Assembly: GCA_964628885.1 (NCBI GenBank)
Contig: CAZVMP010000002.1
Location: forward strand, 10,330 to 74,329
DNA: 64,000 bases
Origin: an uncultured Gammaproteobacteria bacterium
GTDB lineage: Bacteria; Patescibacteriota; Microgenomatia; UBA12405
Direction of reading: 5' to 3'
Below, piece by piece: positions 27,605-37,641 of the stretch. The position numbers were made by a program, and so were the translations under genes. Each line of letters begins with the position of its first letter. Positions within the stretch are counted from its first letter, which is position 1. The notes beneath the pieces were generated by a model. That model saw only the letters and a program-made list of their open reading frames with translations, made no database searches and was not told the DNA's origin.

Positions 27605-27874
27605 ATGGCATTAACTAAAGAAGAAAAACAAGAAATTATTACTAAACACGCTCAAGCTAAAGGTGACACTGGTTCTCCAGAAATCCAGATTGCTATTCTT
27701 ACTAAAGAAGTTGAAAAGCTTCAAGGGCATCTAGCTGAAAATAAACACGATTCTCCTGCTAAGCGTGGCATTTTAACTAAAATTGCCAAACGGCGTCGAC
27801 TTCTTCGCTATTTGTCTATCCACAATCCTGAACGATACACTGCTATCACTAAGTCTCTCGGATTGAAGAAATAA
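27605..27874 (+). CDS. rpsO: 30S ribosomal protein S15
   Basis: DTGSPEIQIAILT and KRRRLLRYL motifs. Confidence 0.97.
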   Translation: MALTKEEKQEIITKHAQAKGDTGSPEIQIAILTKEVEKLQGHLAENKHDSPAKRGILTKIAKRRRLLRYLSIHNPERYTAITKSLGLKK

Positions 27875-27897
27875 CAGGCTATAATTAATTAATTTTT

Positions 27898-30084
27898 ATG
27901 AAAATGTATACACAAGATATTTTGGTGGGTGATAAAAAAATCAGTCTTTCTACTGGTAAACTTGCACCTCAAACCAACGCTTCAGTTGTTGCCCAATTTG
28001 GTAACACTGTTGTTTTAGCAACCGTTTTAATGGGAAAATTAGATGAAACCAAAGACTATTTTCCTTTATCTGTTGAATTTATTGACAAGCTTTACGCTGG
28101 AGGCCTTATTAAAGGTGGTAAGTGGGTTAAGCGCGATGGTGGTCCTTCTGATGCTGCTGTCCTTTTTGGCCGGATTATCGACCGCTCCCTTCGTCCTTTA
28201 TTTCCAGAAGGGTTTTTAAATGAAATTCAGATTATTACTACTGTTTTAAGTAACGATAAAAAACATGATGTCGTTATTCCAGCTTTTACTGCCGCCGCTG
28301 CCGCTATGGCTATCTCTGATATTCCTTTCCGCGGTCCAGTTTCGGCTGTTAGAATCGGTTCTATTGATGATAAGTTAGTTATAAATCCATCTTTAGATGA
28401 ACTTCAAAAATCTAAACTTGATCTTTTAGTTTGTACCGGTCCTAAAGGTATTAATATGATTGAAGCTGATGGTAATATTGTTAAAAATGACCTAATGCTT
28501 CAAGCCATCGAACTGGCTAAAACTACCAGTGATGACCTTAATCAACAGATTGCTCAGTTTGCCACTAAAGCCGGCAAGCCTAAAATTGATTTTCAACCCG
28601 CCGGTCCTTCTGCTCAACTAATTAAGGATGTTGAGTCAAATATTCAAGTTGATGTTAAAAAATTCTTTGATGACGGCGTTGATGGCGCTCATATGATTGG
28701 TCAAGAACTAATCTTAGATAAAGTTAAGCAAATTTATCAGGATAAAATTGATTCTCAAGAAGTCTCAATTAACCATCTAACTGCCGCCGTTGATAGTATT
28801 ATTAAAAATTATGTTAGAAATCAAACTCTTGCTGGGCACCGTTATGATAAACGTCAATATGATCAAATTAGACCTTTAAATATTGAACCTGGAATTTTAC
28901 CGATGACTCACGGCTCTGCTTTGTTTGAAAGAGGATTAACTCAAGCTATTACTGTTACCACCCTAGCTCCTCTGGCCGAAAAACAATATTTACAAGATTC
29001 TAATGGTGAAATTACTAAACGCTATCTCCATTATTATTCTGCTATGCCTTTTTCTACTGGTCAAACTGGTCGTGTTGGCCGTCCTGGTCGTCGCGAAATT
29101 GGTCATGGTGCTTTAGCCGAAAAGGCTCTTGTTCCAGTTATTCCTTCAGAAGCAGATTTTCCCTATACTATTGTCTTAACTTCAGAAGTTTTATCTCAAA
29201 ATGGCTCTTCATCTATGGCTTCTACTTGTGGCTCTACCATGTCATTAATGGACGCCGGAGTCCCTATCAAAGATAAGGTTGCTGGTATTTCTATTGGTCT
29301 TATTGCTAAAACCGATGATGAATACACCCTGTTAACTGATATTGCTGGAATTGAGGATCATTTTGGTGATATGGATTTTAAAATTACCGGAACTCGCGAT
29401 GGTATTACTGCCATTCAGTTAGATATTAAACGCCAAGGGTTAACTCTTCAAATGATTCGAGACACCTTTGTTGCTTCTACTGCTGCCAGACTCCAAATCT
29501 TAGACAAGATGGAGTCAGTTCTCTCTGCTCCTAGACCAGAATTGTCTCCACTAGCTCCCAAAATAAAACTAATTCAGCTCCCTGAGGATAAAATTGGTGA
29601 AGTTATTGGTAGTGGTGGTAAAACCATTAAAGCTTTAATGGATAAATATCAAGTTCAAATTGATATCGATGACTTTGGAGCTGCCTCTATTTCTTCTCAA
29701 GATCAGAAGGCAATTGAGGAAGCTGCTTATGAAATTGAATCTATGATAAAAGAAGTTCAGATTGGCGAAGAATATGCTGGTATTGTTACCCGAGTTGAAA
29801 ATTATGGCGCTTTTGTTGAATTTTTACCTGGTCGAGAAGCTCTCCTTCATGTTTCTGAGATGTCGGGCGGATTTTTATCTGACCCCTCTAGTATTATTAA
29901 AGTTGGTGACAAGCTCAATGTTAAAATTGCCGGTTTCAATGACAATCATCAAGTTAAGCTCTCTTCTCCAGAATTTAAGGCTGCTCATCCTGGTCAACCG
30001 CGTCAGACTGGTAATCGAGCTCAGTTTGCTGCCAAGCCAGAATTCCGTAAATTCAATCCAAATTTTTCTAAACGACAAAGATAA
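27898..30084 (+). CDS. pnp: Polyribonucleotide nucleotidyltransferase
   Basis: RIIDRSLRPLFP, RREIGHG and GDMDFK; KH and S1 domains. Confidence 0.96.
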   Translation: MKMYTQDILVGDKKISLSTGKLAPQTNASVVAQFGNTVVLATVLMGKLDETKDYFPLSVEFIDKLYAGGLIKGGKWVKRDGGPSDAAVLFGRIIDRSLRPLFPEGFLNEIQIITTVLSNDKKHDVVIPAFTAAAAAMAISDIPFRGPVSAVRIGSIDDKLVINPSLDELQKSKLDLLVCTGPKGINMIEADGNIVKNDLMLQAIELAKTTSDDLNQQIAQFATKAGKPKIDFQPAGPSAQLIKDVESNIQVDVKKFFDDGVDGAHMIGQELILDKVKQIYQDKIDSQEVSINHLTAAVDSIIKNYVRNQTLAGHRYDKRQYDQIRPLNIEPGILPMTHGSALFERGLTQAITVTTLAPLAEKQYLQDSNGEITKRYLHYYSAMPFSTGQTGRVGRPGRREIGHGALAEKALVPVIPSEADFPYTIVLTSEVLSQNGSSSMASTCGSTMSLMDAGVPIKDKVAGISIGLIAKTDDEYTLLTDIAGIEDHFGDMDFKITGTRDGITAIQLDIKRQGLTLQMIRDTFVASTAARLQILDKMESVLSAPRPELSPLAPKIKLIQLPEDKIGEVIGSGGKTIKALMDKYQVQIDIDDFGAASISSQDQKAIEEAAYEIESMIKEVQIGEEYAGIVTRVENYGAFVEFLPGREALLHVSEMSGGFLSDPSSIIKVGDKLNVKIAGFNDNHQVKLSSPEFKAAHPGQPRQTGNRAQFAAKPEFRKFNPNFSKRQR

Positions 30085-30126
30085 TCAGCTGGTATTTTTT
30101 AGTCATATTTTAGTTATACTTTTTAT

Positions 30127-31188
30127 ATGGATTCTAGTGTCTTAACTATCGACAAAGCTATTGAAACCCTTCGAGATAAGGTTAAATCAGTCAAGTTGCC
30201 TGAAAATTTAGTTCTAAATATTGAAGAACTTTTTTCTCAATTAACTATTAATTCTCGAAATGAAGAGTCATTTTGGCAAAATTATCAATCAGCCTCAAAG
30301 TATCTTAATTATCTTATTAGTCTTCCTTGGTTTACTGAGACCAAAGATATTTTAGACACCCAATTTGCTAAAGAAAAACTTAATGAACAACATTATGGTC
30401 TAGAGACTGTTAAAGACCGCTTGTTAGAGTATATTTCTGTTCTCGCTCTCCAAAGAGACCGTAATCCTAATCAACCCATTAAAGCTCCTGTTCTGCTTTT
30501 TGTTGGCTTAGTTGGGACTGGTAAAACCACCATGGCCAAATCTATTGCTAGTGTTTTAGGCCGACAGTTAATTCGGATTCCTTTTGGCGGTTTGGGAGAT
30601 CCTCTTTATCTTCGAGGACAGTCTCGTATTCACCCTGAAGCTGAACCCGGACAGGTAATTAAAGGTTTAATTAATTTTAAAAGTATTAACCCGGTTATCC
30701 TTTTAGATGAAATTGATCGAGTTGCCGATGATGCCCTTAATACTATTATGGGAGTTTTAGTTGAATTACTTGATCCTGAACAAAACAACCATTTTATCGA
30801 CCATTATATTGATTATCCGGTTGATTTGTCTCGGGCCATTTTTTGTGCCACCTGCAACAATACTTCCCGGATTGCCACTGCCGTCATGGATCGGCTCGAG
30901 GTTATTCAAATGCCCTCTTATACTGACGAAGAAAAAATAGTTATTGGTCGTGACTATATTTTTCCTAAAGTTATCAAAGAAGCTGGACTTCGTCCTAATG
31001 AAATTAAAATTGATAACTTAGTTTGGGATCAGATTGTCCGTCCCTTAGGATTTGATGCTGGTGTCCGAACTCTTCAACGCAATATTGAAGGTTTATGCCG
31101 TAAAGTCGCTAAAATGATTTTTGAGGGCAAAACCAAGCAGGTTGTTGTTGATCAATCAAATGTTAAATATTATCTACCTCAATGGTAG
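30127..31188 (+). CDS. Lon-type AAA+ module lacking the N-terminal and protease domains
   Basis: HYGLETVKDRLLEY, GLVGTGKT, NPVILLDEID, LLDPEQN, DRLEVI and GVRTLQR; stops before the protease domain. Confidence 0.85.
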   Translation: MDSSVLTIDKAIETLRDKVKSVKLPENLVLNIEELFSQLTINSRNEESFWQNYQSASKYLNYLISLPWFTETKDILDTQFAKEKLNEQHYGLETVKDRLLEYISVLALQRDRNPNQPIKAPVLLFVGLVGTGKTTMAKSIASVLGRQLIRIPFGGLGDPLYLRGQSRIHPEAEPGQVIKGLINFKSINPVILLDEIDRVADDALNTIMGVLVELLDPEQNNHFIDHYIDYPVDLSRAIFCATCNNTSRIATAVMDRLEVIQMPSYTDEEKIVIGRDYIFPKVIKEAGLRPNEIKIDNLVWDQIVRPLGFDAGVRTLQRNIEGLCRKVAKMIFEGKTKQVVVDQSNVKYYLPQW

Positions 31189-31206
31189 TCCTTAAATTAA
31201 AAAATT

Positions 31207-32964
31207 ATGATTAAAAATAAAAAAAATATTAATCCGAGAACTAGTTTTACTAGTGCTCAAAACCAGGTTAGAGAATTCAAATCTAACCAAAATTCTCTCC
31301 GTATTAGTTCACTTGGAGGCTTTGGTGATGTTACTCAAAACATGTTCGTTTATGAATTTATTCCCAATGGTGATGTTTCTAAAAGTGAAATAATTATTGT
31401 TGATTGCGGGGTTGGCTTCCCTGAAGAAGATATTTTTGGGGTTGACATGCAAATCCCAGATACTCATTATCTTGAAGACAAAAAAGATCGCATTTTAGGT
31501 ATTTTTATTACCCATGGCCATGAAGATCATATTGGTGCCATTAAGTTTATTTTGCCAATTTTAGGTGAAAAAATTCCTATCTTTGCTCCCAAACTTGCCG
31601 CCGCCTTTATTGAATCTCGTCTCTCTGAAGTTAATCAACGGGCTATTATTAATGTTTATCAAGATAGTCTTCCTATCCAGAAAGGAGTTTTTTCTATTGA
31701 TCCCGTTCGAGTTACTCACTCCATTCCTGATACCTTTCATTTTGCTATTACAACTCCGATTGGTATTTTTTATCACGGATCTGATTTTAAGTTTGATGTC
31801 TTTCCTTTAGATGGTAAAGGAGCTGATCTTAGTCACATTGCTCGTATTGGTGAGAAAAAGGTTGTTGCTCTGATGTCTGATAGTCTTGGATCTGATCATG
31901 AAGGTTATTCACCCTCAGAAAGTTCTATTGCTGAAAATTTTAAATATGAAATCACTTCTGCTAAAGGAAGAGTTTTTGTTACCTCTATTTCTAGTAATAT
32001 TATTCGTTGGTCACAGGCCATTGAATATGCCAAGAGTGTTGGTCGTAAAATAGTTGTCGTTGGTTTTTCTGTTGATAAAGCCATTAGTATTGCTAAAGAA
32101 TTAAATTATTTGAGTCTTAATGATTCTGATCTTATTCCTCCCGAACGGGCTAAAAACTTCCCTGACAATAAACTTATTTTTTTAGTTGCCGGTTTTGCTG
32201 CTCAACCTGACTCTGCCCTTAGTAAAATGGTTATGGGCAAGCATCGTATAAAGATTAAATCTGGTGATAAAATTATTTTTTCCTCTCCAGATTATATTCC
32301 TGGCACAACTTCAAACATCTATACCATGATTGACAATCTTTCTAAACTTGGAGCCGAAGTTGTTTATGGTGAAAAACAAGAACTTCATGTCTCCGGTCAC
32401 GGTTATCAAAAAGAGCATGCTCTCCTCATTAGTCTAGTTAAACCTAAGTATTTGTTACCAATCGGGGGAAATTTTCGACATGTTAAGCAATATCAATCTA
32501 TTGCCAAAAAATTAGGTTATGCTGAAGAAGATGTTATCCTTCCAGACTTTGATTCTTCTGTTACTTTTTATGATAATGGTAAATTTGATACTAATTTTCA
32601 CCTTCCTATTAGAAAGATTTTGATTGATGGTTTTGGTATTGGTGATGTTGGGGCAACTGTTCTTCGTGATCGCAAGCTTTTGGCCGAAGACGGGATGTTT
32701 TCCGTTGTTCTTTTAATTAATAAAGCCAGCGGTCAATTAGAGAAAGACCCGGTAGTTCTTAGTCGAGGATTTGTCTTTGTTAAAGAAAATACTGATCTTA
32801 TTAATTATTTAAAACAGGAAACTATTAAAAAGTTTAATGAGGCCACCAGCGCTCCAGCCAACCTTGATTATATTCGAGAAGAAATTCAAGCCCATATTGA
32901 AGAAATAATTCATCAAAAAACTGGTCGCCAACCAATGGTTCTTCCACTGGTAATTGAGGTTTAG
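31207..32964 (+). CDS. rnj: Ribonuclease J
   Basis: THGHEDHIG, THSIPD, DFKFD and HVSGH motifs. Confidence 0.93.
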   Translation: MIKNKKNINPRTSFTSAQNQVREFKSNQNSLRISSLGGFGDVTQNMFVYEFIPNGDVSKSEIIIVDCGVGFPEEDIFGVDMQIPDTHYLEDKKDRILGIFITHGHEDHIGAIKFILPILGEKIPIFAPKLAAAFIESRLSEVNQRAIINVYQDSLPIQKGVFSIDPVRVTHSIPDTFHFAITTPIGIFYHGSDFKFDVFPLDGKGADLSHIARIGEKKVVALMSDSLGSDHEGYSPSESSIAENFKYEITSAKGRVFVTSISSNIIRWSQAIEYAKSVGRKIVVVGFSVDKAISIAKELNYLSLNDSDLIPPERAKNFPDNKLIFLVAGFAAQPDSALSKMVMGKHRIKIKSGDKIIFSSPDYIPGTTSNIYTMIDNLSKLGAEVVYGEKQELHVSGHGYQKEHALLISLVKPKYLLPIGGNFRHVKQYQSIAKKLGYAEEDVILPDFDSSVTFYDNGKFDTNFHLPIRKILIDGFGIGDVGATVLRDRKLLAEDGMFSVVLLINKASGQLEKDPVVLSRGFVFVKENTDLINYLKQETIKKFNEATSAPANLDYIREEIQAHIEEIIHQKTGRQPMVLPLVIEV

Positions 32965-33018
32965 TAAATTTTAATTAAATTATTAATAAAACTAATTAGG
33001 GTTAAGTTATAATCAGTT

Positions 33019-34260
33019 ATGCGATATTCACAACTTTTTGGTAAAACTAGTAAGACTGTCCCAGCAGATGCTGATAGTGTTAATGCTAAATTATTAACTC
33101 AAGGCGGCTTTATTCAAAAAGAAATCTCCGGTGTTTATAATTATTTACCTTTAGGGCTAAGAGTTTTAACTAAAATCCAAAATATTGTTAGAGAAGAAAT
33201 CAACAAAATTGGTGGTCAAGAAATTTTAATGCCAGTCTTAACTACTGAGGATAGTTGGCGGACAACCGGCCGTGATCAAATGGATATTCTTTTTCGTCTT
33301 AAAGGTCAGGGAAATGTCAGCTTGGTTCTTAATCCAACTCATGAAGAAGTTGTTACTCCTTTAGCTCAAAAATATATTTTTTCTTATCGCGACCTACCGC
33401 TGGCGGTTTATCAGATTCAAAATAAGTTTCGTAACGAACCTCGAGCTAAATCTGGCCTACTTCGCGGACGAGAATTTAATATGAAAGACCTTTATTCTTT
33501 TCATTCCGATGAGGCTGATTTAGATAAATATTATGATATTGTTAAAGATGCTTATTTTAAAATTTATCAGAGATTGGGATTAAAAGATATTACTGTTCTT
33601 ACCTTTGCTTCTGGTGGAACTTTTAGCCAGTTTTCTCATGAATTCCAAACATTAAATGAGGGTGGGGAAGACACTATCTATCTTTGTGATCTCTGCCATA
33701 TCGCTGTTAATAAAGAAATTATTGATATTCAAAAAACTTGCCCTCAATGCCATAGTTCTGATTTAAAAACCGTTAAATCTACTGAAGTTGGCAATATTTT
33801 TAAACTAAAAACCAAATACTCTCAAGCTTTTAACTTTACTTATCTAGATAAATCTGGTCAAGAACAAATTGTTCAAATGGGGTGTTATGGTTTTGGTCCG
33901 TCGCGAACCATGGGGGCAATAGTTGAAGTCTTCCATGATAACAAAGGGATTGTTTGGCCCAAAGCCATTGCTCCTTATCAAGTTCATCTAATTACCCTAG
34001 ATTTATTTGAAGATGATATTAAACAAAAAGCCGATCGTCTTTATCAACAGTTTTTAGATAAAAATATTGAAGTTCTTTATGATGATCGTTTAGATATTAC
34101 CGCTGGTACCAAATTTGCCGATGCTGATTTAATTGGAATTCCAACCAGATTAGTTGTTAGTAAAAGAAGTCTTGAAAAAAATGGAGTTGAAATTAAGTAT
34201 CGCCATCAAGTCGAGAGTCAAGTGATTTCTTTTGATTCCTGCTTAGATACTATATACTAA
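33019..34260 (+). CDS. proS: Proline--tRNA ligase (short, no editing insertion)
   Basis: PTHEE, KFRNEPRAKSGLLRGREF, EVGNIFKL and MGCYG motifs. Confidence 0.95.
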   Translation: MRYSQLFGKTSKTVPADADSVNAKLLTQGGFIQKEISGVYNYLPLGLRVLTKIQNIVREEINKIGGQEILMPVLTTEDSWRTTGRDQMDILFRLKGQGNVSLVLNPTHEEVVTPLAQKYIFSYRDLPLAVYQIQNKFRNEPRAKSGLLRGREFNMKDLYSFHSDEADLDKYYDIVKDAYFKIYQRLGLKDITVLTFASGGTFSQFSHEFQTLNEGGEDTIYLCDLCHIAVNKEIIDIQKTCPQCHSSDLKTVKSTEVGNIFKLKTKYSQAFNFTYLDKSGQEQIVQMGCYGFGPSRTMGAIVEVFHDNKGIVWPKAIAPYQVHLITLDLFEDDIKQKADRLYQQFLDKNIEVLYDDRLDITAGTKFADADLIGIPTRLVVSKRSLEKNGVEIKYRHQVESQVISFDSCLDTIY

Positions 34261-34263
34261 TTT

Positions 34264-36393
34264 ATGGCTAAACGTGGTCGTAAAAAAAAGAAAGTTATTC
34301 CTAGTCTAAGATTAAAGACAGAAACCATTCAAACTATCTTTTTTATTTTCTTTTTTATTCTAGCAATATTAACAGTTTTTTCGTTTCTTCAGACTGGTCC
34401 CGTCCCTACTAAAATTAATGAAATCATTGTTAAATATTTTGGTTTAGGGGCAACCTTAATTCCATTTTTGTTTTTTTTGGCCGCCTTTCTTTTTGCTAAG
34501 ATCAAAACCCCCCTAAAAGATCTTAATGTTTTTTTAGGATTTTTAATTATGTTTATTTCCCTTATCAGCCTTTTTCAACGTGGTATTTTTGGGTCTTTTC
34601 TTTTTGAACAATTATTTTCCTTATTTGGTCGAATTCCCAGTATTTTAATTTTTATTTTTTGTCTTATTGTTGGTTTTGTTATTTTATTTGACACTTCAGT
34701 TGCTCAGGTTGTTAAGTTTTTTATTACCGTTTTTAATTTAATTAAAAAATACACCGTTGGTGGTGCTAAAAAAATTGCTAAAAAGACTAAAGAAAAAAAT
34801 AAATCAAAAATATTTCAGTCAGAATTACCTCTTGAGTCTCAACCAGATCTCAAGAAAGATAAACCAGATCCTAATGTTATTGGAGTCCCTCCTGTTTTTA
34901 AACCAAATCCTGGTACTGTTACTTCTACTACTGCTCTTAGCTCTTCTGGTCAACAAATTTGGGAATATCCTTCCATTGATATTTTCGATAATACTCCCGG
35001 ACTTAAGGCTGATCGAGGAGATATTCGTAAAAATGCCCAAACTATTGAGCAGACACTTGATTCATTTGGCATCACTGCTAGAGTTTCTGAGGTCAATGAT
35101 AGTCCTTCAGTTACTCAATATGCTCTTGAGGTGGCCTTAGGTACTAAGTTGGCTAAAATCGTTAGTTTGAACAACGATCTGGCTATGGCCTTAGCTGCTC
35201 CTGGGGGAATGATTCGAGTAGAAGCTCCTATTCCTGGTCGAGCCTTAGTTGGGATTGAAGTTCCTAATCGTTCTCTGGAAGTTGTCCCTATCAGAAAAAT
35301 GCTTGAGTCTGAAGTTATGAAAAACGCTAAAAATAAGATTACTGTCCCCTTAGGTTTAGATGTTGCTGGCAATCCCAAGGTTGCCGATATTACCAAAATG
35401 CCCCACGTTCTTATTGCTGGTCAAACTGGTTCTGGTAAATCCGTTTGTATTAATTCTTGGATTAGTACTATTTTATTTAAAGCCTCCCCAGATGAAGTTA
35501 GAATGATTATGATTGATCCCAAGCGGGTGGAACTAACTCCTTACAATGATATTCCTCATCTCTTAACTCCGGTTATTGTTGAATCCGATAAAGTTCTTTC
35601 ATCTCTTAAGTGGGCTGTTGGTGAAATGGAACGCCGTTTAAAAACTTTTACCGAGGTTGGTGCTAAAAATATTGAAGCCTATAACAACCTTTCTGGTTTT
35701 CAATCTATGCCCTACATTTTAATTTTTATTGATGAATTAGCCGAAATTATATTATTTAATCCTTCTGAAATTGAGGATAATATTTGTCGTTTAGCTCAAA
35801 TGGCTCGGGCGGTTGGAATTCACTTAATTTTAGCTACTCAAAGACCTTCAGTTAACGTCATCACTGGTCTTATTAAAGCTAATATTCCAACTCGGATTTC
35901 TTTTGCTGTTTCCTCAGTTACTGATTCTAGGGTCATTCTTGATTCTCCTGGTGCTGAAAAGTTACTTGGTCGTGGTGATATGCTTTATTTACCACCAGAA
36001 TTAGCCAAGCCAGTTCGGGTCCAGGGTTGTTTCGTCTCTGAGAAAGAAACCACTGGATTAATCTCTTTTCTTAAGGGGCAAAAAACCACCGAATATAACG
36101 AAGAAATTTTAAACCAATCAGTTTCTGGTAGTCGTCTTCCTAAAAATGCTCCTTCTACTGGAGATACCCTAGAAGATAAGGATCCTATGTTTGATGATGC
36201 TGTTAAATTAGTTCAAGAATCAGGGAAAGCTTCTTCCTCCCTCATGCAGCGTCGTCTTAAACTTGGTTATGCCAGGGCGGCTCGAGTTCTTGATCAATTA
36301 GAGCAGGCCGGGATTGTTGGTCCATCCAAAGGAGCTAAAGCTAGAGATATTTTGATTCCACACAATAATCCTAGTGATGATAATCTCGAATAA
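34264..36393 (+). CDS. ftsK: DNA translocase FtsK/SpoIIIE
   Basis: N-terminal TMs; PHVLIAGQTGSGKS, LATQRPS, GAEKLLGRGDML; gamma domain QRRLKLGYARAAR. Confidence 0.95.
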   Translation: MAKRGRKKKKVIPSLRLKTETIQTIFFIFFFILAILTVFSFLQTGPVPTKINEIIVKYFGLGATLIPFLFFLAAFLFAKIKTPLKDLNVFLGFLIMFISLISLFQRGIFGSFLFEQLFSLFGRIPSILIFIFCLIVGFVILFDTSVAQVVKFFITVFNLIKKYTVGGAKKIAKKTKEKNKSKIFQSELPLESQPDLKKDKPDPNVIGVPPVFKPNPGTVTSTTALSSSGQQIWEYPSIDIFDNTPGLKADRGDIRKNAQTIEQTLDSFGITARVSEVNDSPSVTQYALEVALGTKLAKIVSLNNDLAMALAAPGGMIRVEAPIPGRALVGIEVPNRSLEVVPIRKMLESEVMKNAKNKITVPLGLDVAGNPKVADITKMPHVLIAGQTGSGKSVCINSWISTILFKASPDEVRMIMIDPKRVELTPYNDIPHLLTPVIVESDKVLSSLKWAVGEMERRLKTFTEVGAKNIEAYNNLSGFQSMPYILIFIDELAEIILFNPSEIEDNICRLAQMARAVGIHLILATQRPSVNVITGLIKANIPTRISFAVSSVTDSRVILDSPGAEKLLGRGDMLYLPPELAKPVRVQGCFVSEKETTGLISFLKGQKTTEYNEEILNQSVSGSRLPKNAPSTGDTLEDKDPMFDDAVKLVQESGKASSSLMQRRLKLGYARAARVLDQLEQAGIVGPSKGAKARDILIPHNNPSDDNLE

Positions 36394-36398
36394 TACTT

Positions 36399-37007
36399 AT
36401 GATTGCTTCTTCACTTCTTAAAAATACTCGTCTTGATAAAGAATGGGAATTAGAAGATATCTCTAAGAAAATAAAAATTCCTATTAAATATTTACAGGCA
36501 CTTGAAGATGAACAGGTTGGTTGTTTTCCTCAAGAGCCATACTGCTCTTTAATTATTAAAGATTATGCTGATTATTTAGGGCTAAAAGGGGAGGACGTTT
36601 TAGCCTTATTCCGTCGTGATTTTGAGCAGAAAAGAAAATCAAAAAAAGACGAACCTACCAGAGTTTCATTTACTCCAAAGTTTACTTTTACCGTCTCTAT
36701 TTTTGCTATTATTATCTTATTTTCTCTCTATTTAGTTTCTGAATACTTTAAATTTCATCAACCTCCTAAATTAAAAGTAAATTGGCCTCTTGAAGCGACT
36801 ATTTCCAGTTCTATTGTTGAAATTAATGGGGTTACTGATCCTGAAGCTACCATTAGAATCAACGATGATTTAATTATTGTTTCTCCTGACGGTTCATTCC
36901 AAAAAAAGATTAATCTTAACTCTGGTGATAACAATATTACTATTAAATCAACCTCACCTAGCGGTAAATCTATCATAGAAGAGCGGAATATCACTTCTTC
37001 ACTCTAG
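36399..37007 (+). CDS. RodZ-like protein (HTH, TM, Ig-like domain)
   Basis: KIPIKYLQALE...YADYLGL HTH, one TM and a beta-rich C-terminus; follows ftsK. Confidence 0.7.
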   Translation: MIASSLLKNTRLDKEWELEDISKKIKIPIKYLQALEDEQVGCFPQEPYCSLIIKDYADYLGLKGEDVLALFRRDFEQKRKSKKDEPTRVSFTPKFTFTVSIFAIIILFSLYLVSEYFKFHQPPKLKVNWPLEATISSSIVEINGVTDPEATIRINDDLIIVSPDGSFQKKINLNSGDNNITIKSTSPSGKSIIEERNITSSL

Positions 37008-37032
37008 TCCCAAAATAGTCTATACTGATTTT

Positions 37033-37305
37033 ATGGACATTACACAAATAATTACCGTTATTAGTTTGGTTTGTATTACTAGTATTGTTGTTGCTTCTGG
37101 TATTTGGCTAGTCTTAGTCCTTAAACAGCTTCGCAATACTCTTACTAAAACTAATCAGATTCTTGAAGATACTCGTTTGATTACTAGTTCTGTTGCTAAA
37201 CCTATTTCTTCTTTCTCTGAATTCCTTATGGGGTTTAAAAACGGCTTTGGATTTTTTCATAATTTATTTAATAAAAAAGATAAAACTAATGACTCGACCA
37301 TCTGA
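37033..37305 (+). CDS. DUF948/YoxC-like membrane-anchored protein
   Basis: N-terminal TM plus amphipathic helix; paired with a YtxH-like gene. Confidence 0.55.
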   Translation: MDITQIITVISLVCITSIVVASGIWLVLVLKQLRNTLTKTNQILEDTRLITSSVAKPISSFSEFLMGFKNGFGFFHNLFNKKDKTNDSTI

Positions 37306-37624
37306 TTATTCTGATCAAGATTATCGTCATCATCAAAATTCCGGATTTATTTTTGGCCTTATTTGTGGTGCCATTATTAGTGCTCTTATTGCTATTATCA
37401 TCTACAAAAATAATAAAACTGAAATCTTTGAAAAATTAGAACAAAAAATTAAGCATTTTTTTGATAATATCTCTCCTTCAAAATTTACTTCTAAATCAAA
37501 ACCAAAGTCTCCTCGATCTAAACCTAAAAATATTATGACTCCTAGTCTTTCTAAAAAAGATATCACTCCGATTTTTGTTAAAACTAAAACCCCTCCAAAA
37601 ATGTTTATCAAGCCTAAAAAATAG
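37289..37624 (+). CDS. YtxH-like protein
   Basis: SGFIFGLICGAIISALIA motif; basic tail. Confidence 0.55.
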   Translation: MTRPSDYSDQDYRHHQNSGFIFGLICGAIISALIAIIIYKNNKTEIFEKLEQKIKHFFDNISPSKFTSKSKPKSPRSKPKNIMTPSLSKKDITPIFVKTKTPPKMFIKPKK

Positions 37625-37641
37625 CTGATATAATTGGCATT

